Source of the DNA: Kiritimatiellia bacterium
GTDB taxonomy: Bacteria; Verrucomicrobiota; Kiritimatiellia; RFP12; UBA1067
Assembly: GCA_024405265.1 (NCBI GenBank)
Contig: JAKSOZ010000004.1
Coordinates: 5,289 to 69,288, forward strand
Length of the DNA: 64,000 nucleotides
Direction of reading: 5' to 3'
Shown here: piece after piece, positions 26,215 through 37,302 of the stretch
Layout: each line of letters starts with the position of its first letter
Position numbering within the stretch: the first letter of the stretch is position 1
Position numbers and translations under genes: made by a program
The notes under the pieces: generated by a model
Seen by the model: only the letters and a program-made list of their open reading frames with translations
Database searches by the model: none
Told to the model about the DNA's origin: nothing

Positions 26215-26927
26215 AAGAGTATTATATCTTTTTGCTCTTCTCGCGTCAAGTCTCTCCACTCTCCTGGATTAAGCTCCTTCGGCAATTCGAATCTACCTAC
26301 CGCTACTCTCTTAAGCTCCAAAACGACCAAGTGAGCAAGCGAGCACATCTTTCGAATCTGTCGTTTGCGCCCCTCCCCAAGTACAAACCGCAACAGGCGA
26401 GTGTTATTGCTCCATTCCTTTACAACCTCTACCGGGACCGGCCTGATGGTATATCCGTCATCAAGCGTTAACGGGGATCGTAGCGTCCTGAGCTTTTCCT
26501 CACTCCAACGACCGGCGACTTTAACAAGATAAGTTTTCCGATGTTCATAGCGTGGATGCGTGAGCTGATTAACGAGCTCTCCATCGTTCGACATCAATAG
26601 CAATCCTTCGGAATCTTTATCGAGTCGGCCAACCGGCACCAATCGCTCCGGAACCTTAACCAAGTCCGCGACCGTCTTCCCGCCAAAAGGATCGCTCATC
26701 GTGGAGAGAACGCCAACGGGCTTATAGAGGACGATAGTACGCTTCTTCTCGGCTGTTTCGATTCTTTTACCGTTGACTTTAATCTCGTCCGTTTCTTCGA
26801 CACGATACCCGGGCTCCTTGATGACGAGCGAATTTACGGTAACAACGCCCGATTCGATAATCGCCGCGCTTGCGCGCCGCGAGGCGACGCCCGCGTGAGC
26901 GAGAACATTTTGAAGACGCTCCGCCAT
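26211..26927 (-). CDS. rluB: RsuA/RluB-family pseudouridine synthase
   Basis: S4 domain (RLQNVLAHAGVASRR) plus a catalytic core (VGRLDKDSEGLLLMSNDG, KTYLVKV). Confidence 0.85.
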   Translation of the reverse strand: MAERLQNVLAHAGVASRRASAAIIESGVVTVNSLVIKEPGYRVEETDEIKVNGKRIETAEKKRTIVLYKPVGVLSTMSDPFGGKTVADLVKVPERLVPVGRLDKDSEGLLLMSNDGELVNQLTHPRYEHRKTYLVKVAGRWSEEKLRTLRSPLTLDDGYTIRPVPVEVVKEWSNNTRLLRFVLGEGRKRQIRKMCSLAHLVVLELKRVAVGRFELPKELNPGEWRDLTREEQKDIILL

Positions 26928-27484
26928 CAGCCTACCTTATGGTACTTTTCGATTTGCGCCTTGAAAGCTTCGGTGTTCACGAAGCCGCAGCACTTGAACT
27001 CCGGGCAGAATCCACGGTAGACACATTCGGGAACGCAGCACTCGGCGACTTCGGGCTCGACCTTCGCCACTTCATCAATCACGAGCTTCCACGCGGCGCG
27101 AGTTTCGGGACTAGCCTGCGTGCAAAGACGACGACGCGAGATGAACATCAGCTCTGCGGCATTCGCGAAGCACTCGTGCATGACAGGCGCGTCCTGTGTC
27201 TTCTCCGTACGATCCTCACCCGTACGATCCGTGCGCTGTGTCGAGACGAAGTGTTCGATGCCGAACTTATGGCGAACGAAATGCACCGAGACCCAGTAAG
27301 GAAGATCAATCCACTTCCAGTTGAACATCAGCTTTCTGATCGGCGAGTGCTCCGCGAGAAGAATGCGCTTCTTCCACTTGGAAGAAGGTTCTTTCGTGCC
27401 TTCATCCTGACGAATCGTCGTGCGCGCCGCGTCGGCGACATCACGCCAAGTACCTAAGACTTTAAGAAACTTGATAGCTGCCAT
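26927..27484 (-). CDS. divergent ThyX-fold (Thy1-like) protein with a Cys-rich C-terminus
   Basis: LAEHSPIRKLMFNWKWIDLPYWVSVHFVRHKFGIEHFVSTQRTD aligns by eye with the ThyX core [40 protein letters not shown] (recalled). Here RHR is replaced by RHK and SGRY by STQRT. The protein is only 185 aa and its tail reads ECCVPECVYRGFCPEFKCCGF. Confidence 0.5.
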   Translation of the reverse strand: MAAIKFLKVLGTWRDVADAARTTIRQDEGTKEPSSKWKKRILLAEHSPIRKLMFNWKWIDLPYWVSVHFVRHKFGIEHFVSTQRTDRTGEDRTEKTQDAPVMHECFANAAELMFISRRRLCTQASPETRAAWKLVIDEVAKVEPEVAECCVPECVYRGFCPEFKCCGFVNTEAFKAQIEKYHKVG

Positions 27485-27489
27485 TTTCT

Positions 27490-28938
27490 TTACCTCCCGA
27501 ATACGTTGGTGACGCTCTCATCAAGCCCACCGGGACGATTTTGTTTTAACCAGATTTCACGATAAGCAGGTTCATAAAACGCGCGGAAGTTGTTCACTTG
27601 TCCGCATTCGTTCTTATATTGGACGGCCGAAGCGAGGAGATCAAGAAGCGCCAAGTCCTCCTTTACCCAAGTCTTAATCTCCTTCTTCTCCGCTTGGGAA
27701 TTCATCTTTATGCGCAGCTCGTAGTAACGATCAGTGGCCACATTAACACTTTCCTTAGTCGCACCATCACGATACTGATAACTCGACGAATCGACTAACA
27801 TATGATAGAGCTCCGTCGAGTTCCCCTGGCGTCCTCCGGCGATTTTGTAGAGATTCCCGATTTCGATCAGCTCATTTCCGATTTTGCCGCCCGTAATCTC
27901 GTCGATCTTTGCGGCGACTTCTGCCTTAGTCGGCGCTTCAACGCCCTTCGCTTTAAGAGAAACATAGACTAACGCGGGAAGCGAAACGAGCCATGGCTGA
28001 GGATGACCCCCGTCTCCCCAATCGGCAAGTAGAAGTCCATCCGCTCCGTATTCTTCCGCCGCCTTGAAAGCGTTGTCGACATTTTGCGTCATATTATCGT
28101 AACGCCCGAAGAGACTTCCCCATGCGCTCGTCCCGGGGCATACACGGAACTTACGCTTCGCTTCCCTGAAGGCCTTGCCGTTCCGCGAAAAATCGGTAGT
28201 CGCTTCATATCCCCAATCCAGCCCCACGACATTCTCGGGAAGTTCTTTCACCATTTCAGGATGCTTCAAGAATCCATCCGCCCAAAACATCATCGAGACT
28301 CCCCGCTTCTCACAAGCGGCATGAAGCTTCATCAAATACTCGAAGTAAACGCGATGAGCCCCCTTCTCGGCGATTTCCTTATGGCTTCTTCCCGTGCCAT
28401 CGGCGAATTCGATTTCAAGCGCCTCGTCGCAACCGACATTGATCTTCTTCGACTTGAAGCATGGAAGAAGTTCATCATATAGTCCTTCCACCAGTTCCAA
28501 ACTTCTCGGATCGGTCGGATTAAGTGTATCGGGGCGCGGCAAAACGAAATTTCCCCAGGGCTTGATGACCGCGCCGCCCTGCGGCATTTCAGCGAGGCAA
28601 TTATACTCCGGGTGACGAAGCCAACGCCCGAAATGGGCGAAAGAATTTTGGTTAGGAACGAGCTCGATACCTTTCGATTCACAGTACGCATCGAGCTCTT
28701 TTATCTCTTCGCTCGTCATCGGCGAAGAATAGCGCCAGACCGTCTCATGCTTCGAATACTTGAAGGTGTGCTCGGTATAAAGTTGAAACTCCGTAAAGCC
28801 AAGCGTGGATAAAACGTCGACCCTGGACTTCAAAGTGTCCAAGGTCGGCACTTTAGTGCGGGAGATGTCGAGCTGATACCCGAGAGGGAGCGCGGCAAAA
28901 AGCGCCGCGCCGATCAAGCTCGAGAAACCCGAAATCAC
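27490..28938 (-). CDS. GH20-family glycoside hydrolase (beta-N-acetylhexosaminidase-like catalytic domain)
   Basis: [38 protein letters not shown]...[10 protein letters not shown]...INVGCDEA follows the GH20 TIM-barrel pattern. The annotated start is GTG in a GTGA overlap with leuS. Confidence 0.65.
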   Translation of the reverse strand: MISGFSSLIGAALFAALPLGYQLDISRTKVPTLDTLKSRVDVLSTLGFTEFQLYTEHTFKYSKHETVWRYSSPMTSEEIKELDAYCESKGIELVPNQNSFAHFGRWLRHPEYNCLAEMPQGGAVIKPWGNFVLPRPDTLNPTDPRSLELVEGLYDELLPCFKSKKINVGCDEALEIEFADGTGRSHKEIAEKGAHRVYFEYLMKLHAACEKRGVSMMFWADGFLKHPEMVKELPENVVGLDWGYEATTDFSRNGKAFREAKRKFRVCPGTSAWGSLFGRYDNMTQNVDNAFKAAEEYGADGLLLADWGDGGHPQPWLVSLPALVYVSLKAKGVEAPTKAEVAAKIDEITGGKIGNELIEIGNLYKIAGGRQGNSTELYHMLVDSSSYQYRDGATKESVNVATDRYYELRIKMNSQAEKKEIKTWVKEDLALLDLLASAVQYKNECGQVNNFRAFYEPAYREIWLKQNRPGGLDESVTNVFGR

Positions 28939-31544
28939 TTCACGACGAAGTTGACCATTCGCTTCGGAATGGCGATTACCTTAACGATCGTCTTACCTTC
29001 GAGGAACTTCGCGACATCGGGATTCCCCTTCGCCGCCTCTTCCATTTCCTTCGGCGTCGCCGCCATAGGAACGGTAACACGACCGCGAAGCTTACCGAGA
29101 ACCTGGACAGGAATCTCGATTTCGTCTTCGACGAGCGCCTTCGGATCGAATTCCGGCCAGGGCTCGTAAGCGAGCGTATTTGCGTGACCCAAGGTTTCCC
29201 AGAGCTCTTCGCCGAGATGCGGCGCATAAGGCGAGAGGCAGAGAACGAACTTCTCGAGGAATTCCTTCGGGAGATCGCCGGCCTTCGCTTCTTCTTCAGC
29301 TTCGTTGATGAAGACCATCATCGCCGAAATGCCGGTATTGAACGCCATCGCCTCGAGGTCTTCACCGACCTTTTTGATCATCGCATTCAAAGTCTTCGTT
29401 TCGGCCTTAGTCATCGGACGCTCGGCGATCTTCGTTTCGGTGACGAGACGATTCGCGCGCTTGAGGAAGTTATGAACGCCCTTGACGCCCGAGGTCTGCC
29501 AAGGCTTGACGACCTGCAACGGGCCCATGAACATTTCGTACATGCGAAGCGAGTCGGCGCCGTAGTCACGAATGATATCGTCGGGGTTGACGACGTTCTT
29601 GAGCGACTTCGACATCTTCGCCGGGAACTCGACGAGCTCTTCCATTTCGGTAAGATCCGCGCCTTCCATGCCCCAATTCTTGGGCCCGAAGAACTTGCCG
29701 TCCTTCGTTTCCACATGATCCATCGGAATCAAAACGCCGCGCTTGTTTTTATAAGCCATGCCGAGAATCATGCCCTGGTTGACGAGCTTTTGGAACGGCT
29801 CGGAAGTCGGCACAAGACCGAGATCGAAAAGAACCTTGTGCCAGAAACGGCTGTAGAGGAGGTGGAGAACCGCGTGTTCGGCTCCGCCGACATAAAGATC
29901 GACGGGGAGCCATTCCTTCAAAAGCTCAGGATCGCAGAACGCCTTGTCGTTCGTCGGGTCGATGTAGCGGAGGTAGTACCAGCAGCTGCCGGCCCACTGA
30001 GGCATCGTGTTCGTTTCGCGAACGCCCTTGACACCATCAGCGCGAGTGACGTTAACCCACTCGGTCGCCTTTGCGAGCGGCGGCTCACCGGTACCCGTCG
30101 GCTTATAGTCAGCGAGTTCTGGAAGCGAGAGCGGGAGATCATTTTCATCGACGAGCGACTGAGTGCCGTCTTCCCAATGAATAACCGGGAACGGTTCGCC
30201 CCAATAACGCTGACGCGAGAAAAGCCAGTCGCGAAGCTTGTACTGAGTCTTCGCCTTACCTACGCCCTTTTCTTCGAGCCACTTGATCATCGCGGGACGC
30301 GCGTCGCTCACGGAAAGGCCCGTCAAGAAGCCCGACGAAACCATGACACCCGAGTAGATGTCGGTAAACGCGGCATCCTTCGTGTAAGGAACGGGATCCT
30401 TGGAAGCGTTCTTCGCCTCTTCAGAATCCGCCGCAGCAACGACCTGGACAATCGGAAGCGAAAAGACTTTCGCGAAATCGAAGTCGCGCTCGTCGTGAGC
30501 GGGAACGGCCATAATCGCGCCCGTACCGTAAGAAGCGAGGACGTAATCGGAAATGAAGATCGGAAGCTCGGTATCGTTAACGGGGTTATGGCCAGTCACG
30601 CCTTCCAAGCGGACACCGGTCTTTTCCTTATTAAGCTCGGTACGCTCCAAATCGGACTTCGAAGCGGCCTTCTTCTGATATTCCTTAACGACACCTGAGT
30701 TCTTGATCGTGCCGTCATTAAGCCACTTCTCGATGAGCTTATGTTCGGGCGAAAGAACCATATAAGTCGCACCGAACAAGGTATCGCAGCGAGTCGTATA
30801 GACGGTAATAGTATCTGCTGTTCCGGTAGCCTTGAAGTCCACGAGCGCGCCCGTCGACTTGCCAATCCAGTTACGCTGCATTTCCTTGACGCCTTCGGGC
30901 CAATCGAGATCATCGAGCCCTTCAAGGAGCTTCTCGGCGTATTCGGTGATCTTAAGCATCCACTGGCGCATGGGCTTGCGGATAACGGGATGATTTCCAC
31001 GCTCCGATCTGCCGTCGATGACTTCTTCGTTCGCGAGAACCGTGCCCAAAGCGGGGCACCAGTTAACGGGGACTTCGGCGACGTAAGCAAGGCCCTTTTT
31101 GTAAAGCTGCTCGAATATCCACTGCGTCCACTTATAATACTTCGGATCCGTCGTATTGACTTCACGATCCCAATCATACGAAAAGCCGAGAGCCTGAATC
31201 TGCTCGCGGAAACGGTCTACGTTCTTCTTCGTAGTGATCGCAGGGTGAGTACCCGTCTCGACCGCGTACTGCTCAGCAGGAAGGCCGAACGCGTCCCATC
31301 CCATCGGATGAAGGACGTTAAATCCCTTCATGCGCTTATAGCGGCAGAGAATATCGGTAGCGGTATAACCCTCAGGGTGTCCGACATGAAGCCCCGCGCC
31401 CGAAGGATACGGGAACATATCAAGACAATAGAATTTCGGCTTCTTATCGGAGCCGTCGACTTTAGTCGACGTCTTGAAGGTCTTGTTGGTAAGCCAGTAG
31501 TTCCGCCACTTCTTCTCTATGGCGGAAAAATTGTAATCGCTCAT
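28935..31544 (-). CDS. leuS: leucine--tRNA ligase
   Basis: 869 aa with HVGH (HIGH motif), KMSKS, and a CP1 editing insert. Confidence 0.97.
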   Translation of the reverse strand: MSDYNFSAIEKKWRNYWLTNKTFKTSTKVDGSDKKPKFYCLDMFPYPSGAGLHVGHPEGYTATDILCRYKRMKGFNVLHPMGWDAFGLPAEQYAVETGTHPAITTKKNVDRFREQIQALGFSYDWDREVNTTDPKYYKWTQWIFEQLYKKGLAYVAEVPVNWCPALGTVLANEEVIDGRSERGNHPVIRKPMRQWMLKITEYAEKLLEGLDDLDWPEGVKEMQRNWIGKSTGALVDFKATGTADTITVYTTRCDTLFGATYMVLSPEHKLIEKWLNDGTIKNSGVVKEYQKKAASKSDLERTELNKEKTGVRLEGVTGHNPVNDTELPIFISDYVLASYGTGAIMAVPAHDERDFDFAKVFSLPIVQVVAAADSEEAKNASKDPVPYTKDAAFTDIYSGVMVSSGFLTGLSVSDARPAMIKWLEEKGVGKAKTQYKLRDWLFSRQRYWGEPFPVIHWEDGTQSLVDENDLPLSLPELADYKPTGTGEPPLAKATEWVNVTRADGVKGVRETNTMPQWAGSCWYYLRYIDPTNDKAFCDPELLKEWLPVDLYVGGAEHAVLHLLYSRFWHKVLFDLGLVPTSEPFQKLVNQGMILGMAYKNKRGVLIPMDHVETKDGKFFGPKNWGMEGADLTEMEELVEFPAKMSKSLKNVVNPDDIIRDYGADSLRMYEMFMGPLQVVKPWQTSGVKGVHNFLKRANRLVTETKIAERPMTKAETKTLNAMIKKVGEDLEAMAFNTGISAMMVFINEAEEEAKAGDLPKEFLEKFVLCLSPYAPHLGEELWETLGHANTLAYEPWPEFDPKALVEDEIEIPVQVLGKLRGRVTVPMAATPKEMEEAAKGNPDVAKFLEGKTIVKVIAIPKRMVNFVVK

Positions 31545-32602
31545 TATTTGCTCGTTTCAGCCCCATCGGCGTATTCGGCGATCGATTTCTTAATCAGTCC
31601 CGAAACGTCGTTGGTCGCCGCAGCGACGCCGGCTCGAACGGCATGATAAATTCCCTTGTGCGAGGAATTCCCGTGAGTGATGATAACGGTTCCGTTAACG
31701 CCGAGAAGCGGCGCGCCGCCATACATCTCGGGATCCATCTGACGCTTGAGCGCCTTGAACGCAGGCTTAAGCAAGAGCGCCAAAATCTTACGGAAAGGCG
31801 TAGCGGTGATTTCCTTCTTGAGCCACGAGCCGATTGCTTTTGCAACGGACTCGACGGACTTCAAAATGACGTTGCCGACGAAACCGTCACAAACCGCGAC
31901 GTCGACCGTACCTTCGCAAACGTCATGCCCTTCCATGTTGCCGCGGAAGTTGATGGACTTCGCTTCCTTAAGCATCGGATAAGTGTCGTGCACGAGCTGA
32001 TTACCCTTGCACTCTTCCTCGCCGATCGACATGAGCCCGACAACCGGCTCCTTCTGATTGAACACCTGCTGCGAATAGACGCTACCCATAATCGCCCACT
32101 GCACGAGCCACTCCGGCTTGCAGTCGCAGTTAGCGCCCGAATCGAGAAGAACGAGCGGCTTACCGGGAACCTTAGTGGGGATGATCATGGCGATAGCGGG
32201 ACGATGAACGCCGTCGATACGCTTCAAGGTGAACATCGCGCTCGCCGCAACCGCTCCGGAGTTACCGGCGGAAACGAACGCGTCCGCGCGGCCTTCCTTA
32301 ACGAGGCGCATCGCCACGTTAATCGAGCAATCGGGCTTACGAAGAATGGTCTTGGCCGCCGACTCATCCATCTCCGCGACTTCGGGGGCGTGGATGATTT
32401 CGAGCGAACCTTTTTCGATAGCGGATTGGGCGCGAGCTTTAAGTTCTTTAGGAAGAACTTCAAGTTCGGCTTGGATGGCACTCATCTGACCGACCAAGAG
32501 AACCTTGGCGTCAGACATTTCCGTCGCGGCTTCCACCGCTCCGATAACCACTTGTTTCGGAGCGAAGTCTCCACCCATTGCATCCAGCGCAATCCGTACC
32601 AT
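31544..32602 (-). CDS. plsX: phosphate acyltransferase PlsX
   Basis: 352 aa. [15 protein letters not shown] start, plus the classic yceD-rpmF-plsX context. Confidence 0.93.
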   Translation of the reverse strand: MVRIALDAMGGDFAPKQVVIGAVEAATEMSDAKVLLVGQMSAIQAELEVLPKELKARAQSAIEKGSLEIIHAPEVAEMDESAAKTILRKPDCSINVAMRLVKEGRADAFVSAGNSGAVAASAMFTLKRIDGVHRPAIAMIIPTKVPGKPLVLLDSGANCDCKPEWLVQWAIMGSVYSQQVFNQKEPVVGLMSIGEEECKGNQLVHDTYPMLKEAKSINFRGNMEGHDVCEGTVDVAVCDGFVGNVILKSVESVAKAIGSWLKKEITATPFRKILALLLKPAFKALKRQMDPEMYGGAPLLGVNGTVIITHGNSSHKGIYHAVRAGVAAATNDVSGLIKKSIAEYADGAETSK

Positions 32603-32633
32603 GGGATGACCTCCCTTAAGTTTGTTTATTCAA

Positions 32634-32813
32634 TTAACCGACCGCGAGGATCTTACGACCCTTGTACATGCCGCACTTCGGGCACGCACGATGGGAACGA
32701 ACAACCGCGCCACATGCGGGGCAGGTGCCGGTCGAGGCGAGAATCGGCTTCTCGAGCTGAGCGACGCGCTGACGCTTACGCATTTTGGACTTCTTATGTT
32801 TGGGCATTGCCAT
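32634..32813 (-). CDS. rpmF: 50S ribosomal protein L32
   Basis: Own translation; 59 aa, below the ORF-track cutoff: MAMPKHKKSKMRKRQRVAQLEKPILASTGTCPACGAVVRSHRACPKCGMYKGRKILAVG. Confidence 0.9.
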   Translation of the reverse strand: MAMPKHKKSKMRKRQRVAQLEKPILASTGTCPACGAVVRSHRACPKCGMYKGRKILAVG

Positions 32814-32817
32814 GGCT

Positions 32818-33255
32818 TTATTCTCCTTCTACTTTCAAATTATCGAGCGCTCCCCACCTGTCATCGGACAAGTGCTCGGCCTTCTGCTGAATACCGGGAC
32901 AGTCCTCCGAACAAAGCGGATAGCTACTTAAGTTGAGTATTATACTCTCTCTGAGCTCATTCGTCAAATCGACCTCGCTCTGCTTTTCGTCGATTTCGAC
33001 GGAGGTGACGAAGTCTTCGACCTTAATGGTCGTATCGAAATCCTCGCCGCAGCGCGAACAAACGAGCTCGAAGTCCTGCTCGATCTTGCCGCGCACGAGG
33101 AGCTCGGAGCCGAGCGCCTGAACGAAGAGATCGTAGCGAATACCTCCAAAAGGATGAACGAATTCTTCTTCGAGATCGATCGCATCGACCTCGCCTTCGA
33201 ACCGCTCTCCTCCTTCTTCAAGACGAGAAATATCGATTATGAGTTTCTCATCCAT
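32818..33255 (-). CDS. yceD: YceD/DUF177-family protein
   Basis: 145 aa, acidic, with CxxC...C motifs (LVCSRCGEDF, PLCSEDCPG). Conserved position upstream of rpmF. Confidence 0.75.
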   Translation of the reverse strand: MDEKLIIDISRLEEGGERFEGEVDAIDLEEEFVHPFGGIRYDLFVQALGSELLVRGKIEQDFELVCSRCGEDFDTTIKVEDFVTSVEIDEKQSEVDLTNELRESIILNLSSYPLCSEDCPGIQQKAEHLSDDRWGALDNLKVEGE

Positions 33256-33730
33256 GAAGACGCTTTTCGACCGCGGAAGTCACGAATTCCGACGTATCGC
33301 CTTTGTAGCGAACGAGCTCACGAACCGACGAAGCGGTGACGCAAGAGAGGTGTTCGCTCGGCAACATAAAGAGAGTTTCGATTTCGCCCGCCATCTTGCG
33401 ATTGATGAGCGCCATCTGAAATTCATATTCGAAGTCGCTGTAAACTCTCACGCCACGGAGAACGACCTTCGCGCCCTCGGCGCGGCAAAAGTCGACCAAG
33501 AGTCCGGAGAGAACTTTGACTTCCACATTGGTGATTCCGGCCGCCTCGACATCTTCGCGAATCATCGCGAGGCGATCGGCAATCGGGAACATCGCGCCTA
33601 CCTTAGTACTCTTTTCCAAGACCGCGACAATAAGCTTGTCATAGAGCTTCGAGCCTCTGGAAATGAGGTCGAAATGGCCCTTGGTCATAGGGTCGAAAGT
33701 GCCGGGGTAGACTGCGATGCGCTCCGCCAT
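33248..33730 (-). CDS. coaD: pantetheine-phosphate adenylyltransferase
   Basis: IAVYPGTFDPMTKGHFDLI (HxGH-type motif), 160 aa. Confidence 0.93.
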   Translation of the reverse strand: MAERIAVYPGTFDPMTKGHFDLISRGSKLYDKLIVAVLEKSTKVGAMFPIADRLAMIREDVEAAGITNVEVKVLSGLLVDFCRAEGAKVVLRGVRVYSDFEYEFQMALINRKMAGEIETLFMLPSEHLSCVTASSVRELVRYKGDTSEFVTSAVEKRLHG

Positions 33731-33734
33731 TTAC

Positions 33735-34778
33735 TTAGTTCTTGTAAGTGACGATACCCTTGCCCTTGCGGATAACACCGATGATGTTATACTGCTGGTG
33801 CTGGGCCTTCAAAATATTAGTGGCCTTGGTGAGCTCGGCCTTCGGAATGATGACGACGAAACCGATGCCCATATTGAAGACGCGGTACATTTCGTCATGA
33901 TCGACCTTGCCCTGGCGTTCGATGAACTTGAAGATCGTAGGAACTTCCCAAGACGCGCGATCGATTTCCGCGTTAACGGCCTTCGGGAGGACACGCGGAA
34001 TATTGTCCGGGAAACCGCCGCCGGTGATGTGGGCCATACCGGTAATCTTGATCTTGCGCTCGAGGAGCTTCGCGACGGGCTTCAAAAAGCTCTTGTGAAC
34101 CGCGAGGAGCGCGTCGCCGAAAGTCTGGTTCGTACCGGGGATTTTGTCACGGCAGCTGAGCTGGCACTGATCGAAAATGACGCGGCGAGCGAGAGAGAAA
34201 CCATTCGTCTGAAGACCGCCCGAGGGGAAGCCGATGATGACGTCTCCGGCGCGGATGGACTTACCGGTGATGAGCTGCTTCTTGGAAACGCAGCCGACGA
34301 TCGTACCGACGAGATCGTACTCGCCCGCAGGATACAACCCGGGCATCTCGGCGGTTTCGCCGCCGAGAAGCGCCATGTGGTTTTCCTTACAAGCTTTGCA
34401 GAGACCCGAGACGATCTGCTTGAACTGGAGAGGATCGACCTTGGAAGTGCCGACGTAGTCCATGAAGAAGAGCGGCTTCGCACCCTGAACGAGAATGTCG
34501 TTAACGCAGTGGTTGACGATATCCTGTCCGACGGTGTCGTGCTTGTTCATCATCGCGGCGACTTTGAGCTTGGTGCCGACGCCGTCTTCCGAAGCGACGA
34601 GGATCATGTCCTTGCCGGTCGGGACTTTGTGGAGGCCACCGAACGCGCCGATGCCGCCGATGACGTTCGCCGTCTTGGTGGCGGCGACCATCTGCTTGAT
34701 GGAGCCGACCGCGTTCATCTTGACGTCGATATCAACGCCGGACTGGGCGTAAGCCGATTTCTTCTTTTGTTCTGCCAT
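33735..34778 (-). CDS. purM: phosphoribosylformylglycinamidine cyclo-ligase (AIR synthetase)
   Basis: 347 aa with YAQSGVDID, DGVGTK, GGETAEMPG and MAHITGGG. Confidence 0.93.
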   Translation of the reverse strand: MAEQKKKSAYAQSGVDIDVKMNAVGSIKQMVAATKTANVIGGIGAFGGLHKVPTGKDMILVASEDGVGTKLKVAAMMNKHDTVGQDIVNHCVNDILVQGAKPLFFMDYVGTSKVDPLQFKQIVSGLCKACKENHMALLGGETAEMPGLYPAGEYDLVGTIVGCVSKKQLITGKSIRAGDVIIGFPSGGLQTNGFSLARRVIFDQCQLSCRDKIPGTNQTFGDALLAVHKSFLKPVAKLLERKIKITGMAHITGGGFPDNIPRVLPKAVNAEIDRASWEVPTIFKFIERQGKVDHDEMYRVFNMGIGFVVIIPKAELTKATNILKAQHQQYNIIGVIRKGKGIVTYKN

Positions 34779-34827
34779 TGTCTTTAGGTCTCTCTTGAAG
34801 CTTGTAAGGATTCGCTCTTTTTAAGGA

Positions 34828-35826
34828 TTAGAGCTTGTCGTTCGAGCCGAGAACGTTGAGAATCTTGTGAACGTACATCGCCTTCATCGCGTCACGAGCA
34901 GGCGTCAAGTACTGGCGAGGATCGAAGTGACCGGGATTTTCAGCGAAGTGCTGACGGATCGCCGCGGTCATCGCGAGACGCGAGTCGGAGTCGATGTTGA
35001 TCTTGCAAACGGCGCTCGAAGCGGCCTTGCGGAGCTGCTCTTCGGGAATGCCGACCGCGTCGGGGAGCTTGCCGCCGAACTTGTTGATCGTGTCGACGTG
35101 ATCCTGCGGAACGGAGGAAGAGCCGTGAAGGACGATCGGGAAGCCGGGGAGCTTTTCTTCGATGGCCTTGAGGATGTCGAAAGCGAGAGGCGGGGGAACG
35201 AGCTTGCCGGTCTCGGGATCGCGCGTGCACTGAGCGGGCGTGAACTTGTAAGCGCCGTGCGAAGTGCCGATCGAGATGGCGAGCGAGTCGCAGCCGGTGC
35301 GGGTCGCGAAGTCGATGACTTCTTCAGGCTTCGTGTAGTGGGATTCCGCGGCGGAGACTTCGTCTTCGACACCGGCGAGAACGCCGAGTTCGGCTTCAAC
35401 CGTGACGTCGTGAGCGTGAGCGTATTCGACGACCTTCTTGGTGAGAGCGATGTTCTCTTCGTAAGGAAGGTGGCTTCCGTCGATCATGACGGACGAGAAG
35501 CCCGTGTCGATGCAGCTCTTGCAAGTTTCGAAGCTGTCACCGTGGTCGAGGTGAAGAACGATCTGAGGAGCGGGGCAGCCGAGTTCCTTGGCGTATTCAA
35601 CCGCGCCCTGAGCCATGTAGCGAAGGATCGTGGGGTTCGCGTACTTACGCGCGCCCTTCGAGACCTGCATGATGACGGGAGACTTCGTTTCGACCGAAGC
35701 CTGAACGATGGCCTGCATCTGCTCCATCGTGTTGAAGTTGAACGCGGGGATGGCGTAGCCGCCCTTGACCGCCTTGGCGAACATTTCCTTGGTGTTGACG
35801 AGACCAAGTTCCTTGTAGCTGACCAT
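34828..35826 (-). CDS. fba: class II fructose-1,6-bisphosphate aldolase
   Basis: 332 aa with GGYAIPAFNFNTMEQ, LHLDHG and LHGSSSVP. Confidence 0.93.
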   Translation of the reverse strand: MVSYKELGLVNTKEMFAKAVKGGYAIPAFNFNTMEQMQAIVQASVETKSPVIMQVSKGARKYANPTILRYMAQGAVEYAKELGCPAPQIVLHLDHGDSFETCKSCIDTGFSSVMIDGSHLPYEENIALTKKVVEYAHAHDVTVEAELGVLAGVEDEVSAAESHYTKPEEVIDFATRTGCDSLAISIGTSHGAYKFTPAQCTRDPETGKLVPPPLAFDILKAIEEKLPGFPIVLHGSSSVPQDHVDTINKFGGKLPDAVGIPEEQLRKAASSAVCKINIDSDSRLAMTAAIRQHFAENPGHFDPRQYLTPARDAMKAMYVHKILNVLGSNDKL

Positions 35827-35875
35827 GTTTCTTTTCTCCTTAAGATATTTCCCTCTTCTGAGGGATTTGTGTGAT

Positions 35876-35884
35876 ATTATACCA
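35876..35884 (-). promoter_or_regulatory. extended -10 element (TGGTATAAT) upstream of fba
   Basis: Reverse complement of 35876-35884. It is followed by a 6-bp hairpin (TCCCTC-AGAA-GAGGGA) and the SD AAGGAG before the ATG at 35826. Confidence 0.35.
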
Positions 35885-35916
35885 AAATTCCCCTACGAAA
35901 ACAAGGTGCCAATCCG

Positions 35917-37302
35917 TTAATCGAATTTGGCGGCGTTTTTGCGATAGCGCGACCAAAACTCCAAAAAGTCTGCCGCGAGATCGCGATCCGCGACACATTC
36001 GAACGCTTCGTTGCTGGCCTCAATTGCGCTGGCTCCGCGATTCATCGCCTCGAGGTAAGTCGGAATCACTTTACGATATTCCTTGAATTTCTCGACCGCG
36101 GGAGCGCCTTTTTGCAGAAAATAAATGAGCGCCCAGCCCGTACAATAATTCGAATTGACATCTCCCGAGTAGTACGCTTGGCGGTCCATATGGATCAGTC
36201 TTCTCATGTTTTGGGCGCACAGTCGAAGATTTTTCGCTACCCACATCGCGCGATTGCCTTCTTCGATGATTTTAACGGTATTTTTCGCGCTATTGTACTT
36301 GATGTTCTCGAAGAAGGTGGCGTGCCCCTCGTTGAACCACATCGCGTGATCGCCTCGCCCTGTCGCGTAATAGAGGTACTGATGAAAGCCTTCGTGTCTC
36401 ATCGTACTTCTCGCCAAATCTTTGTCTTCCGCGGCGATCAAAAGCTCCTCGCGTCCGGGATCCCAGAGTCCGCAGCTCATTTGGTCGTCCGATCCCGTGG
36501 ACTTGCGATATTCGCGATATCCTTCGAGCGTCTTGAAAACACGAACCGTGCACAAACCGACCTTTTTATCGGCAGGAACATACTTTTCATACGCTTTTCT
36601 CATCGCTTCGGCGAGTCTTGACGTATCCGAGACGAACCTCCCTCCCTTCGATTTATCGAGATCGGTCAAGAATTTGTAGTTTTTTGTCTCCGTACTCCAC
36701 CACTTCATCGACGAATAGTCGCTCGTCATTCCGGAGGTCGAACTCGAAAGCGAAGCCGAAGCGTCTTTCAGCAGTCGCTTTTCGACCTCCGGCTTGACCG
36801 TCTCGGCGAAAGCGAACTCGATCAAATAACTCTTGCCGCTCTTGGTAGTGGCGATCGTCGAACAATTGAGCGCTTTCCAAGCCTTCTTCCAAGCCGCGAA
36901 AGTTTCTTCATCTTGGACGAAGGAGTCGCGAGAGGCTTTCATCGCGTTTTCGGCGTCTTCTTTTTTGATCAGCACACCGAAATTCGTCTCTCTACCCTCC
37001 GGCGGAAGCGAATCGACGCGTACGAGCCTAAGCTCATTCCCCTTCTTGTCCTTCCACGTTCCCACTATCGAACTCGAACGCCAAAGATCATCGGACTTGC
37101 AATACTGCATCTTCTCGCCGGCGGAGCTGATCATTTTGGTAATGACGAGCGTCGGCGGAGGTAGACCATGCGAATTGGCGAGGACCTTCATCTTAATCCC
37201 CTCTTTTTCATCAACCAATTCCGCCTGCGCTTTAAGCTGCGGAGCCGAATAAGCCGAGAGCGCTGAAGCGAGAATCGCCGCTACCAGGGCTAATCGATTC
37301 AT
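35917..37302 (-). CDS. DUF1570-type secreted putative zinc metalloprotease
   Basis: Signal peptide and an HExxH-type motif in MRHEGFHQYLYY. Size and pattern match DUF1570 as recalled. Confidence 0.6.
   Translation of the reverse strand: MNRLALVAAILASALSAYSAPQLKAQAELVDEKEGIKMKVLANSHGLPPPTLVITKMISSAGEKMQYCKSDDLWRSSSIVGTWKDKKGNELRLVRVDSLPPEGRETNFGVLIKKEDAENAMKASRDSFVQDEETFAAWKKAWKALNCSTIATTKSGKSYLIEFAFAETVKPEVEKRLLKDASASLSSSTSGMTSDYSSMKWWSTETKNYKFLTDLDKSKGGRFVSDTSRLAEAMRKAYEKYVPADKKVGLCTVRVFKTLEGYREYRKSTGSDDQMSCGLWDPGREELLIAAEDKDLARSTMRHEGFHQYLYYATGRGDHAMWFNEGHATFFENIKYNSAKNTVKIIEEGNRAMWVAKNLRLCAQNMRRLIHMDRQAYYSGDVNSNYCTGWALIYFLQKGAPAVEKFKEYRKVIPTYLEAMNRGASAIEASNEAFECVADRDLAADFLEFWSRYRKNAAKFD

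Noticed and set aside
28793-28801. A DnaA-box-like cgtggataa (8/9 match to TGTGGATAA).
   Set aside because: It is a single isolated copy inside the GH20 ORF. There is no cluster, no AT-rich DUE and no dnaA/dnaN nearby.
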